Source of the DNA: Octopus vulgaris
Taxonomy: Eukaryota
DNA: 64,000 nucleotides
Assembly (NCBI GenBank): GCA_951406725.2
Contig: OX597832.1
Coordinates: forward strand, 57,040,001-57,104,000
Direction: 5' to 3'
Part shown: in pieces, positions 26,021-37,400 of the stretch
Layout of the letters: each line of letters opens with the position of its first letter
Numbering within the stretch: position 1 is the stretch's first letter
The notes under the pieces: generated by a model
Told to the model about the DNA's origin: nothing
Databases searched by the model: none
What the model saw: only the letters and a program-made list of their open reading frames with translations
Program-made: the position numbers and the translations under genes

Positions 26021-26875
26021 TATATTTCTTCAGGTTTTACTTACTTTGTGTCTCCATTGACCATTTCCAACTTTATGATCTCTATTAACTCATTTTTATA
26101 ATATTTTCTATTTATCAATATTTTTCTTTCTTTTTTTTTTATTGATCTCACAAAAGAACTGTATTCTTTTTTTTTTTGTTTTTCGCTTGTTTTTTGTAAG
26201 AAAGTTTCGCCAACTTATTTTCTTCAGTACAGAACTTGGAAACCCACTCATTCTCTATTGGGGGGGGGGGGAGGAAAACTCAGAGTAAGCAAAGTGTCAA
26301 ATATCATGGCATTTATTTCCATCTCATTCAGTTCTAACTTCAAACTCCAGAGAAGTCGGTTTATGATTTTCTTCATTTTTTTTTTTTCAATAATATATTG
26401 ATTTTTCTCCATATAAACAACTCACTGTACGCTAACATTCGCCACCTCTTTTCCCCTTTCACATGCTAACATTCACCTTGTTTCTCCTTCTTTTGCACTA
26501 ACTGTTCACCCTTTCTTTCTCTCCCCATCGCCGCACTAGCATTCATTTTCTCTTTCATTTTCCGCAGTGGCTGTCACCCTGTTTCTTTCACTTAATGCCA
26601 TTTCAGGCTTAAAGCAAATGTCTTACAATAAAGATATTTGTTTCAGCGAACCAGATCCACATGACGGTTTCAATTGCAAATAGAAACCCGTTTGTAATTA
26701 ATTGACACAAATTAATGCCTACAACAAATATTATTACTCCGAAAGTAAGCAGCAAATTACACAAACAAGTTTCAATTTACATTTAAAGCCATTTTAGATC
26801 ATCTTAGTCTTTGAGAGCTTATCTTACCAACACATAACTTTCAGAAAAATGAATATTTTTAATGAAAGCAACATT

Positions 26876-27290
26876 CGAGCACGACTGTTGCTAGTGCCAC
26901 CTGACTGGTTCCTGTGCCGGTGGCACGTAAAAAGCACCATTCAAGCGTGGTCGATGCCAGTGCTGGCCGACTGCTCCCATGCCAGTGGCACGTAAAAAGC
27001 ACCATTTGAGCATGATCCTTACTAGTGCCACCTGACTAGTTCCTGCACCGGTGGCACATAAAAAGTCCCATTTGAGCGTGGCCGATGCCAGTGCCGGCTG
27101 AGTGACTCCTATGCCAGTGGCACATAAAAAGTACCATTCAAGCATGATCGTTACCAGTGCCACCTGACTGGCACGTAAAAAGCACCATTTGAGCATGGTC
27201 AATGCCAGTGCCAGCTGACTGGTCTCATGCCATTGGCACGTAAAAAGTACCATTCAAGTGTGGCCAATGCCAGTACCTCCTGACTGGCCC
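26876..27290 (+). repeat. ~60-bp minisatellite (~7 units) amplified from the SINE-internal GTGGCACGTAAAAAGCACC module
   Basis: Repeated GCCAGTGCCACCTGACTGG...TGCC(G/A)GTGGCAC(G/A)TAAAAAG(C/T)ACCATT(C/T)(A/G)AGC. Confidence 0.85.
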
Positions 27291-28279
27291 TCGTCCCCAG
27301 AGCCGGAACCAATCAAGGGGTTGCTGGAGTCAGTAAAACTATACTGACTCTAACTCCAACTCACAGTATCTTTATTCTTTAAAATAAACCAGTTTTAACA
27401 TATAGGCCTACTCAAAGTACAAGCGTATGCATATTCTTTATGAAATACGTAGACCAGAATCACTTAATTACCTAAAGAGGAGTCAGAGTCAGAGGTGTCA
27501 ATAGTAGAGGAGTCAGAGTCAAAGCTTCTGTTTCAACTCCACAGACCTGCTTTACATCCCCATAACTTAGCAGTTTGGCAAAAGAGACCAATAGAATAAG
27601 TACCAGGCTTAATATTAGATTGGTCTTAGAGTCGTATTTTATGGATCCATGGAAAGTGTTTGGGTTCGATGTATTTCTCGCAAGAAACAGCAAAGCTTCT
27701 TTCTCTGACATTTTACATAGTGCAGCCCACATCAGAGAGTGTGTGGTAAACAAAATAGGAATTTTGAAAGAAGTACCTATAAAATTAGCTTTTAAGCATC
27801 AAATGGTTTAGTGGGGTCTACCAGAATAAAATGGTAATCAAAGGGGCCCATAGATAAAAAAAATGGGTGAAAATCACAGGTGTAGATCATGTACAAAGAA
27901 CCTTTTTCAGTACCAGGAGCAAATTGCAAGAAGCTAGGAGGGCAACATCCATGCTGCGAAAAATAATGAATCTTCACTTTTCTAAATTTACATAAAATTA
28001 CTCTTTTGGTTTTAAGGGTTGGGGGGGGGATTTTCTCTCTTCCCCCCCACCTCTCTCTCTCACTCTTTTTGCATTCTTTTGGTTTGCGGTCACAAATTAA
28101 AAAAGATTGACACTTTTGCAATATCCAGATAGGCATGCCAAAAAGACACCCAACCATTTTTTTGCTTTTTTAAAGAGTTTTTTTGGATTCCTGTGTTTTA
28201 ACAGCAGTGATTACAACTTCCACCCCCACCCCCCACCAAAAAAAGGAAGGAAAAAAAAGTTATTAAAATTGTCTCACAT

Positions 28280-28310
<31 letters not shown>

Positions 28311-28641
28311 ACATTTTTTGAAATCTTTTTTTGAAGAAGGCAGAGGATACCACATTTAAATATAACGATATTATGGCTCCATTGGGGGTAAAAAAAACCA
28401 TTTTCAAAATTCCCATTTTTTAATACTGATTGCTCGTGATAATTTCTCAATTTCATTTTATGGTCATAAACCAAAAGAATGATGGGTTTTTTCTCCTTTC
28501 CACCATATGCTTTATTTTTCTCTCTTTTAGTATTTCTCAGTATGTAGTTTCACATTTGTTGGCGACAAGGGGTTCCTCGTCATCTTGAATGTAGGCTCTT
28601 TCATTGGTTAATAGAAAGAAAGAGAGAGAGAGAGAGAGAGA

Positions 28642-28840
28642 GAGCTAATTTACATAATGTTATTAGTTTGACAACCATTAAATAATTACCAATGCACAAA
28701 CACACGGACATTAAAATAATGCAGTGTACCGGAGTACATTTACATGTTTTAAACATGAATTTTTCAATGTTCATGCGGCGGTTGATGTATCAATAACTTC
28801 TTAACGGTTGTCAAACGAACACCATTATGCAAATTAGCTC
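28642..28840. mobile_element. ~200-bp MITE with GAG...CTC termini (Sola-like ends)
   Basis: GAGCTAATTTACATAATGTTATTAGTTTGACAACC / GGTTGTCAAACGAACACCATTATGCAAATTAGCTC. Confidence 0.7.
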
Positions 28841-29525
28841 AGCTGTGCGTGAACGAAGGCATTTTTCTATGTGACTATATGAACTGTTTGCTGCTAGTTG
28901 CATGACAACAGACACTCTAAGAGCTGATCTTTTTGAAAATTTCTACACAGATGTAGTTTTTCATGCTAATTTCAAAAATCATAACCGTTTTGGGGAGAGA
29001 TTACAAATTAAAATATTGGAAATCTTTAAAGATTGAAATTTTCTAATTCCAGCCAATCAGATGTAGCCATTTTCGACACACCGGAAGTCACAATAGCTCC
29101 AAACTGCACGTTTGAGTAATTTCAACCAGATACTTGGACTGTTTCTACATGAATATTTATTTCACAGCAAGACTGGAAATGCTTAAAATATAATCATACA
29201 ACTTCTGTGTATCATTTAAAAAAATGATAATGTTACACAGGTAATTTCTGGTAGTACCCAAAGCATACACACTCTCTACATCCTGATTTAAATCTAGGAG
29301 TCATTCGTCAAATGTTACCTACTTTTCTGGAAGCCTCCGAGCTAGAAAGAACAACCAAACCTCCTTCCAATCAGAAGCCTTAGAAAACAATATGGTGGAT
29401 AACTTGTTACTAGGTTGAGCAATCTTTTGGTATTCATACATGACATCAGCAATTTACAACACTCATACACATACATACCTAAGTACACCTTGTTTTGAAT
29501 TTTTTTGCAATTTGTTTATGTCTAT

Positions 29526-29661
29526 ACAATTGCAGTGTGGAAGGTGTTTATAAGCCATTTAAGAAAATATTTTGGCAAATTAAATTTAAATGTTGAAGTG
29601 AATCTAACGGTTTTTGTGTGTTTCTTAAATGGCTTATAAACGCCTTCCACGCTGCAATTGT
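29526..29661. repeat. 41-bp inverted repeat (hairpin element)
   Basis: ACAATTGCAGTGTGGAAGGTGTTTATAAGCCATTTAAGAAA / TTTCTTAAATGGCTTATAAACGCCTTCCACGCTGCAATTGT. Confidence 0.8.
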
Positions 29662-30625
29662 TTTCATTCCAGCACACAATCTCAGATCAGATCACTGGCT
29701 ATGCAAGTACATCTCCGTAATATGTTTATACATTTTAAAAATAATTTATATATTTCTTTTTAATCTGTTTTTTTAATTTTGTTCTTCCTGTTCCTTGAAA
29801 TCATCACACACACACACATACACACACCACACATCTTACCTCCTTTCTCAACCAGTCAGCGGTGTGTATGTATGTATATGTATTTAGCTATGTATGCATA
29901 TGTGTGTGTTTGAATGTATATTTGTTTGTTCAGCTCTCTCGTGCAAATCAAAGACAACATTGATAATCCCCGACACATGAAAAAAAAATTAAAGAAATAA
30001 AAATTTCTGTAAATTGTCAAACATATAGTTATGACATCACGTACAAATAGTAAATGACTGCTCCGATGCACGGGGATGTGATGGGATGGTCACGATTGGA
30101 ATGTCTAATTAATCATAGCTCTGCTTATTTAGTGCTGACCCGGAGTTCAGACAACATCAGCAGATTTGCTGATGCCAGCCAACAAGGTTCTCTACCAGGT
30201 TGCTCAACCTGCTAAAAATAGTAACTGCATCCTACCGTTTTGAAAAAGAAAAATAACACACTGGATAATGTAGTTTGTATGACTCCATCTTCAAAAAATA
30301 AAATTTAAAAAAACAGGACAGGCACAGCTTGAATGTTTTTTGTTTTTTTTTAACTGCAATGTGCTTGATCAGCAATGATTTTGGGTTCCAAGAACAATAA
30401 TGATAATGTCTTGAAGTTGGTCGGAAAACCGGTCAACTAGTTGAACAGCAGCACATGGCATCTTTGGGGGAGTTCATGCCACTAAAGCATTCGGGTTAGG
30501 TTTCCAATTTAAGGATATCTATATTCTTCACTCCTACCTGTCTTGGAGGCCTTGTAAATGGTCATAGGAACAACATTACTCTTCTTGACTCTTGACTAAA
30601 AGTTTTAAAAAAAAAACTTTAACTA

Positions 30626-31018
30626 AGGCACAGGCATTACTGCGTGGTAAGAAGTTTGCTTTCCAACCACATGGTTCTGGGTTCAGTCCCACTGCATAGC
30701 ACCTTGGGTAAGTGTCTTTTATTATAGCCTTGGGCAGACCAAGCCCTTGTGAGTGGATTTAGTAGACAGAAACTGAGAGCAGCTCATCGTATATATTTAG
30801 GTGTATATGTGTTTGTGTCTGTGTTTATTTCCCACCACTGCTTGACAACCGGTGTTGGTGTGTTTACATCCCCATAACTTAGTGGTTTGGCAAAACCAGA
30901 CCAATAGAATATGTACTAGGCTTAAAATAAGTAGGTACTGGGGTTGATTCATTTGACTAAAAATTCTTGAAGGTGGTGCTCCAGTATGGCCGCGATCTAA
31001 TGACTGAAACGATAAAAA
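30626..31018 (+). mobile_element. SINE family A
   Basis: Head-to-tail match. Its head plus upstream flank is duplicated at 31695-31961. Confidence 0.85.
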
Positions 31019-32207
31019 GGTGACTATTTTATTAAAATCTAGGAGTTTAGATTTTGTCTTGTTTTTTTTTTTGTTTGCATTGGTCTATACTTTCCTATTG
31101 ATTTTTTTTTCCAATTTTCTAGATAATGGTACATTTTAAAAGTTTTTCTCTAGAAAACATTTATTTAACATGTCTGTAGTGAACTGAGGACATCTTTTTT
31201 TTTTTACCTTTATATTGGTATTGCCTTAGTCATTATACTGCCATTGATAATTATGTTGAAGGTAAAGAGACTGCATTCTTAGACAAGAATGGACTCAACA
31301 ATGGATGATTCTATTTCAAACTGTTTATATATTACGTACGCACAAGTAAATTCATATATTGAAAAAGAAAAAACAACACACACACACGTTTCTACGGTAA
31401 TCTATGTAATACTTAAAGCTTTACAATATGGAAGATAAAAAGAATGCCTTAGTTTGGACTGTTTGCATGACAGATGTACTTTATTCTTTGTATATCGACA
31501 TCATAATATAAGGGTAATAATTACCCCTTTGTTGAACATATATGTAAACAGTGGCTGTTATGCAAGGACAAGTTGAAGAAATTCATAGAACATCTCGTGG
31601 AAGACTGGTGATAGAGTGCCATTTCTATATAGTAATAGGCATCTGTTGATCTCGAGAGACCATAGAGCTGCACCTGAAAAAATTGTGGTGCAAAATATCT
31701 ATATTCTTCACTCCTACCCGTCTTGGAGGCCTTGTAAATGGTCATAGGAACAACATTACCCCTCTTGACTCTTGACTAAAAGTTTTAAAAAAAAAGTTAA
31801 CTAAGGCACGGGCATGGCTGCATGGTAAGAAGTTTACTTTCCAACCACATGGTTCTGGGTTCAGTCCCACTGCATGGCACCTTGGTTAAGTGTCTTCTAC
31901 TATAGCCTTGGGCAGACCAAACCCTTGTGAGTGGATTTAGTAGACAGAAACTGAGAGCAGCCACTGATGGTAGTGCAGCATCTGCAGTAGCTGTAGAGAT
32001 CCACATGGGAGTGGCAGTCATCCATAGTGACTGCATTTGAAGGAGATCTCTGCCAGCACTACTGGTTTGCTTTAACTTCGTTACTATGGCAACAGTCTGG
32101 ATACTTACTGATCAGACCACATATACATATATATATATATAGTACGTTTAAATATTTGTTGTGCAAGATTTATTGGCTAAACTGGCAAAATGACCATTCC
32201 GAAATAT

Positions 32208-32243
<36 letters not shown>

Positions 32244-32249
<6 letters not shown>

Positions 32250-32319
32250 CAATATTAAGGAATGGCCTTGATAGGTCATTCAACCCACCTATCAAGGCCA
32301 TTCCTTAATATTGTTGAAT
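32244..32319. repeat. perfect 33-bp hairpin at the edge of a short insertion in (TA)n
   Basis: ATTCAACAATATTAAGGAATGGCCTTGATAGGT-(10 nt)-ACCTATCAAGGCCATTCCTTAATATTGTTGAAT. Confidence 0.85.
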
Positions 32320-32413
32320 GTATATTATATAGTCTGTTGACTATTTTTTCTTTCTCACTGGACCGCTGGTGGCGAAAAAATTTATCTTGAATTTTTTGCT
32401 ACCCTGATATTGA

Positions 32414-32452
<39 letters not shown>

Positions 32453-32555
32453 ATACATAAATATATATACATACATATCTATACATATATACACATATAT
32501 ATATATCCATACATATATATATATATACATATCTATACATATACATATGCATATA

Positions 32556-32598
<43 letters not shown>

Positions 32599-32855
32599 AT
32601 GCTAAGGTAGTTGTATGGTAGATGTGAATAGCTAAAGAAGGAAAGCAACAACTTTGAGGTAAAAAAAATGAAAATGAAGAAAAAAATAATCTTCAACAAT
32701 TTTTTTAATGGGAAGCTAAGTACAAAAAAAAATTACTCTAGAATTGTATTGAGTTGTCAAATAAATTCGTTCGTTTTTTCTTCTTTTTATTTTATTCCAT
32801 TTACTTTAATCATTTCCAACGTTGTACGAATTAACACCCACAAAATAACAACAAC

Positions 32856-32911
<56 letters not shown>

Positions 32912-33627
32912 TAAGTTTATCGTAGTGATTTATGTAGCTCCATTCTTCATCTACAACTTTTGTCAATCGTTTTTGCGAAATCTGAAAAACTTTTTTTCCT
33001 CTTTTCAGACATTGACGATGGAGTGCCAAATAGAAAGAAGAAAAAAAAAAATTAATAAATAAACGAATTTATCCTGACGACCCAATAAAGCCTTTGGCAG
33101 TACTACAGTTGATTTGAAAAGTGTGTAAAAACTTGTCTTGACTATTTTTTTTCTGAGTAACTATTAGAACAAGTCTTCACAGCTACGTTATACATCCATC
33201 AATAATTAATATAGTTCTCTATCTATATTTAGTGTATGTATATATATGTGTGTATATATATATATATATATCTCTTATTATAAAAGGCAGATTTTATCTG
33301 CCTCCCTTTGGGAGTTATAGAAATCTACAATATAGGATTTCTTCAATTACAATTTACCTGGCATTTTTGAGAGTACAATGCATCGCGTCATGCCAGGTCC
33401 AGTTTTTAAAATTTAAACTCCAATTAAGCAAAATTTACAGAAAACTCACATTCTGGTGTGTGTGTCAAATGCTTTTCTTAGTCTGGTTTACACCACACGC
33501 AAACGCACACACACACAAAGGGAGCGAATTGTTTCACTGACGCTATCACCCTTCTCCTCCTTTGTCTTTGCAAGTTGGCAGCTATTAAAGTGAAAACAGT
33601 GAATCCGACAGCGATAAAGAAAACGAA

Positions 33628-33900
33628 TTGGTACCTGAATGGAGTGAAAATTTAAAAACTGTTTCTTTCGGTGAGTTTTCTGAAGAAACTGGACCTAGCC
33701 ACAGACTTTCCCAGAAGAGTAAAGCCTTAGACTATTTCTATTTACTTTTTCGAATGAGCCTATTTGAAATCATTACGCTAAACGTAAACAAACCGAAAGA
33801 AAGGATAGTTTGTTATTTCCCACAATCTTAAATGAAATTAAGGCCTATTTTGCCATAAATATTATTATGGGTATCAGAAAGTTACCCAGAATAACAAATT
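33628..33900 (+). pseudogene. piggyBac transposase (PGBD/DDE_Tnp_1_7-like) fragment inside the Helitron
   Basis: FSEETGPSHRLSQKSKALDYFYLLFRMSLFEIIT..., then a frameshift to FPTILNEIKAYFAINIIMGIRKLPRITN. This matches the piggyBac pattern PLDYF.LFF / EIKAFLGL.I.MG...LP.I..YW. Confidence 0.7.
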
Positions 33901-34825
33901 CTATCGTAAAATTTTGTTGTATACCCAATTGAATATTAGCTAATAACCCATTTTCTATAGCGATGTTTGAACAAAATTTTAATAATTTTACAGAAAGTTA
34001 CCCAGAATAACAAATTCTATCGTAAAATTTTGTTGTATACCCAATTGAATATTAGCTAATAACCCATTTTCTATAGCGATGTTTGAACAAAATTTTAATA
34101 ATTTTACAGAAAGTTACCCAGAATAACAAATTCTATCGTAAAATTTTGTTGTATACCCAATTGAATATTAGCTAATAACCCATTTTCTATAGCGATGTTT
34201 GAACAAAATTTTAATAATTTTACAGAAAGTTGCCCAGAATAACAAATTTTATCGTAAAATTTTGTTGTATACCCAATTGAATATTAGCTAATAACCCATT
34301 TTCTATAGCGATGTTTGAACAAGATTTTAATAATTTTACAGAAAGTTACCCAGAATAACAAATTCTATCGTAAAATTTTGTTGTATACCCAATTGAATAT
34401 TAGCTAATAACCCATTTTCTATAGCGATGTTTGAACAAAATTTTAATAATTTTACAGAAAGTTACCCAGAATAACAAATTCTATCGTAAAATTTTGTTGT
34501 ATACCCAATTGAATATTAGCTAATAACCCATTTTCTATAGCGATGTTTGAACAAAATTTTAATAATTTTACAGAAAGTTACCCAGAATAACAAATTCTAT
34601 CGTAAAATTTTGTTGTATACCCAATTGAATATTAGCTAATAACCCATTTTCTATAGCGATGTTTGAACAAAATTTTAATAATTTTACAGAAAGTTACCCA
34701 GAATAACAAATTCTATCGTAAAATTTTGTGTATACCCAATTGAATATTAGCTAATAACCCATTTTCTATAGCGATGTTTGAACAAAATTTTAATAATTTT
34801 ACAGAAAGTTACCCAGAATAACAAA
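33875..34825 (+). repeat. 116-bp tandem repeat, ~8.2 near-identical copies
   Basis: Unit CAGAAAGTTACCCAGAATAACAAATTCTATCG...AATAATTTTA starts at 33875, 33991, 34107, 34223, 34339, 34455, 34571, 34687 and 34802 (partial). Confidence 0.97.
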
Positions 34826-35410
34826 CGAGCCCTTCTGGGTATTAGCGCGCGTCTACGATGAGTCTACGATTTAAAAAACAATTACCATCATATTTTTCCA
34901 TTTTAATGCATTTTTTTCGCTTTTATATAAGGGAAGTAACTCTCTAAAAATATCTACGATGTGTCAACGATTTAAAGAAAAATTTACCTTAATTTTTTTT
35001 CAATTTTTAATGCATTTTTTTGCTACTTTTTGGCTATAACTCTCTAAAAATGCTTATATAGTTATTTCCCTTACAACCCGAGCAACGCCGGGCGATACTG
35101 CTAGTATATATATATATACTAAATATTTAGTATATATATATATATATACATATATATAGTATATATATATATATATATATATAGTGTATATATATATATA
35201 TATAGTGTATATATATATATATATAGTGTAGTGTATATATATATATATTTAGTATATATATATAATATTTATAGCTATGAAACGTACGTAGTGTTTTTAC
35301 TTATTATATTATATATTTATCATTCATTTTATACTTTTTGAGATCTAGTTATAAGTTATATATTAAAAAAAAATTATAATTATAATTATATATATATATA
35401 TATATATATT

Positions 35411-35896
35411 AACGTAAGGTGTACTAGCCATCTGAATGTGGCTAGCCACTGGGGGTGTGTACGAGCCACATTCAGATGGCTAGTACACCTTACGTTGTTG
35501 AGCGGTTACTGTTTATATCTCGTTCAGAGATTTATTATTGTTTTCAGACAGTTTTTCTAAATCAGTGACAGTGGTTGCTGTGAAAAACGTTATATATTTA
35601 TTTGCAGGGGGACTCCTTCATCGAAGACCGGTGCTTACCATGCGTTGACGAGAGGCAATTACCTTGAAACTATAGTCCGTATGTAGTACTTAGGTCTTCG
35701 AGGGAGGATGACCTCCCTTTGCAAATAACACAAGGGCACTGAGATAGTGTCTAAAGTCCATCTGGTGACGTTAATCGCCTGGGGCTAAAAGCATCAGGAA
35801 CACACCACCCCCAGTGGCTAGCCACATTCAGATGGCTAGTACACCTTACGTTGTCGAGCGGTTACTGTTTATATCTCGTTCAGAGATTTATTATTG
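35411..35896 (+). mobile_element. retrozyme-like / non-autonomous Penelope-like element (356-bp period, inverted 5' piece)
   Basis: Direct repeat 35464-35540 / 35820-35896 (period 356). 35411-35457 is an inverted copy of ~35806-35852. Central HHR; flanked by (TA)n. Confidence 0.7.
35640..35682 (+). ncRNA. type-I hammerhead ribozyme motif (UUGACGA variant, GUC site)
   Basis: ATGCG-TTGACGA-GAGG-CAATTA-CCTT-GAAA-CTATAG-TC-CGTAT. Stem I is ATGCG/CGTAT, stem II is GAGG/CCTT and stem III is palindromic ACTATAGT. Predicted cleavage after 35677. Confidence 0.75.
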
Positions 35897-35982
35897 CTTA
35901 TATATATATTGTTATATTGTTATTTATGTATTGCCTTATGTCTATCACTGTTTGAGTTGCATAATAGTGGTTTTATCTCTAA

Positions 35983-36366
35983 CTAGCAGTATCGCCCGGC
36001 GTTGCTCAGGTTTGTAAGGGAAATAACTATAAAGCATTTTTAGAGAGTTACAGCCAAAAAACAGCAAAAAATGGAAAAAAATTATGGTAAATTTTTTTTT
36101 GATAGTTAAAAAAGGTGGAGTTGCGTCCCCTACACAGTTTGTGGTTTGTGTTCCTGATTCTCGACTCCATGTCGAATTTATCGATTTTTTTCAGAACTGG
36201 GGTAACTTTTTAAAATTTTCGCAGCGTTAGTTTTGAATTATGACATTGAGCTATGTGTGTGTCAAGTTTCATCAGAATCGGTTGAAAGCCGTGGTCAGGG
36301 TGAGGGTACAAGCAAACAGACACACAGAAACACGCACAGACAAACTGCCGTTTATATATAGAGAGA
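35983..36366 (-). mobile_element. short non-autonomous Helitron
   Basis: Minus strand A|TCTCTCTATATATAAACGGCAG ... CCTGAGCAACGCCGGGCGATACTGCTAG|T. The 3' ~90 bp are shared with the Helitron ending at 35104. Confidence 0.85.
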
Positions 36367-36369
36367 TTC

Positions 36370-36418
<49 letters not shown>

Positions 36419-36621
36419 GATGCTATAAGAATTTCCAAGGAATTTTTCAAGAACATTACGAAAAATAGCTGTTTCATTTGTTCCTGCTTATTCAGTTTCA
36501 TTTGGCAACTTCAGAATCAAGACATGGCATATTGCTAGGAAACCTGAAAGATGATCTAGTTATCGAAATTGAGATAAATTATTCTGCCAGTAATGTAAAC
36601 ATTTTTCAGCTTGGTTTAAAC

Positions 36622-36956
36622 CAGTGTTTCTCAACAGGGGTCCAAATAAGATTTTGCTGTTAAAATTAACGTGCAACAACTTGGTTATACTTTTACAATA
36701 CACAAAATCATCATCATCATCATCATCGTCGTTTAACGTCCGCTTTCCATGCTAGCATGGGTTGGATGGTTTGACTGTGGGCTGGCGAACCACATGGCTG
36801 CATCAAGGTCCAGAGTTTCTACAGCTGGATGCCTTTCCTAATGCCAACCACTCCGGGAGTGTAGTGGAGTGGTTAGGAAGGGCATCTAGCTGTAGAAATA
36901 TTAAATTTTTTTTGTATACAATTCTCATTAATACTTAATCATGAAATTACAATAGG

Positions 36957-37023
<67 letters not shown>

Positions 37024-37048
37024 TGTATGTATTTATGTATGTATACAG

Positions 37049-37079
<31 letters not shown>

Positions 37080-37157
37080 GAATGGTTATGGAGGTTTGGC
37101 AAAATATAGCAGGATATAAAAGGGATCCATAGGTAAAAAATAGTTGAGGAACTAGTG
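36622..37157. mobile_element. hAT (Charlie-like) MITE with nested SINE fragment and microsatellite
   Basis: GTTTAAAC|CAGTGTTTCTCAAC ... GTTGAGGAACTAGTG|GTCTAAAC (8-bp TSD, 1 mismatch). Confidence 0.7.
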
Positions 37158-37165
37158 GTCTAAAC

Positions 37166-37400
37166 CAGTACTACTCAAAGTGATGGTCCGCAGACTGGTG
37201 CCGGTACGCAGCGGGTTTCCAGAAATGAAAGAAACATTATAAAATGCTTATGCAATATTGTATTATTTGTTTACGAAATAAATATAAGATAAAAAAAAAA
37301 TGTCAACTTTTTTTACAAAGAAATATGACCGGTCCCTGGCAAATTGGAAAAAATAAATAAAACTGCCGGTACGTCACATCAGATAGTTTGAGACGCACTG
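37166..37400. mobile_element. hAT (Charlie/MER5-like) MITE
   Basis: GTCTAAAC|CAGTACTACTCAAAGTG ... TAGTTTGAGACGCACTG|GTCTAAAC, a perfect 8-bp TSD. Confidence 0.85.

Larger units (their letters stand above)
33271..35104 (+). mobile_element. non-autonomous Helitron (1.8 kb)
   Basis: A|TCTCTTATTATAAAAGGCAG at the 5' end, subterminal hairpin CCCG-AGCAACGC-CGGG and 3' CTAG|T. Inserted in an AT dinucleotide with no TSD. Confidence 0.85.

Noticed and set aside
27620-31674. Chain of phase-compatible minus-strand exons (about 31674-31525, 27981-27914 and 27776 onward)
   Set aside because: Splice sites are plausible, but the joined peptide resembles nothing I recognise and phase agreement can occur by chance.
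33875-34825. Possible CRISPR-like array
   Set aside because: Units are contiguous and identical with no unique spacers, in a eukaryotic context with no cas genes.
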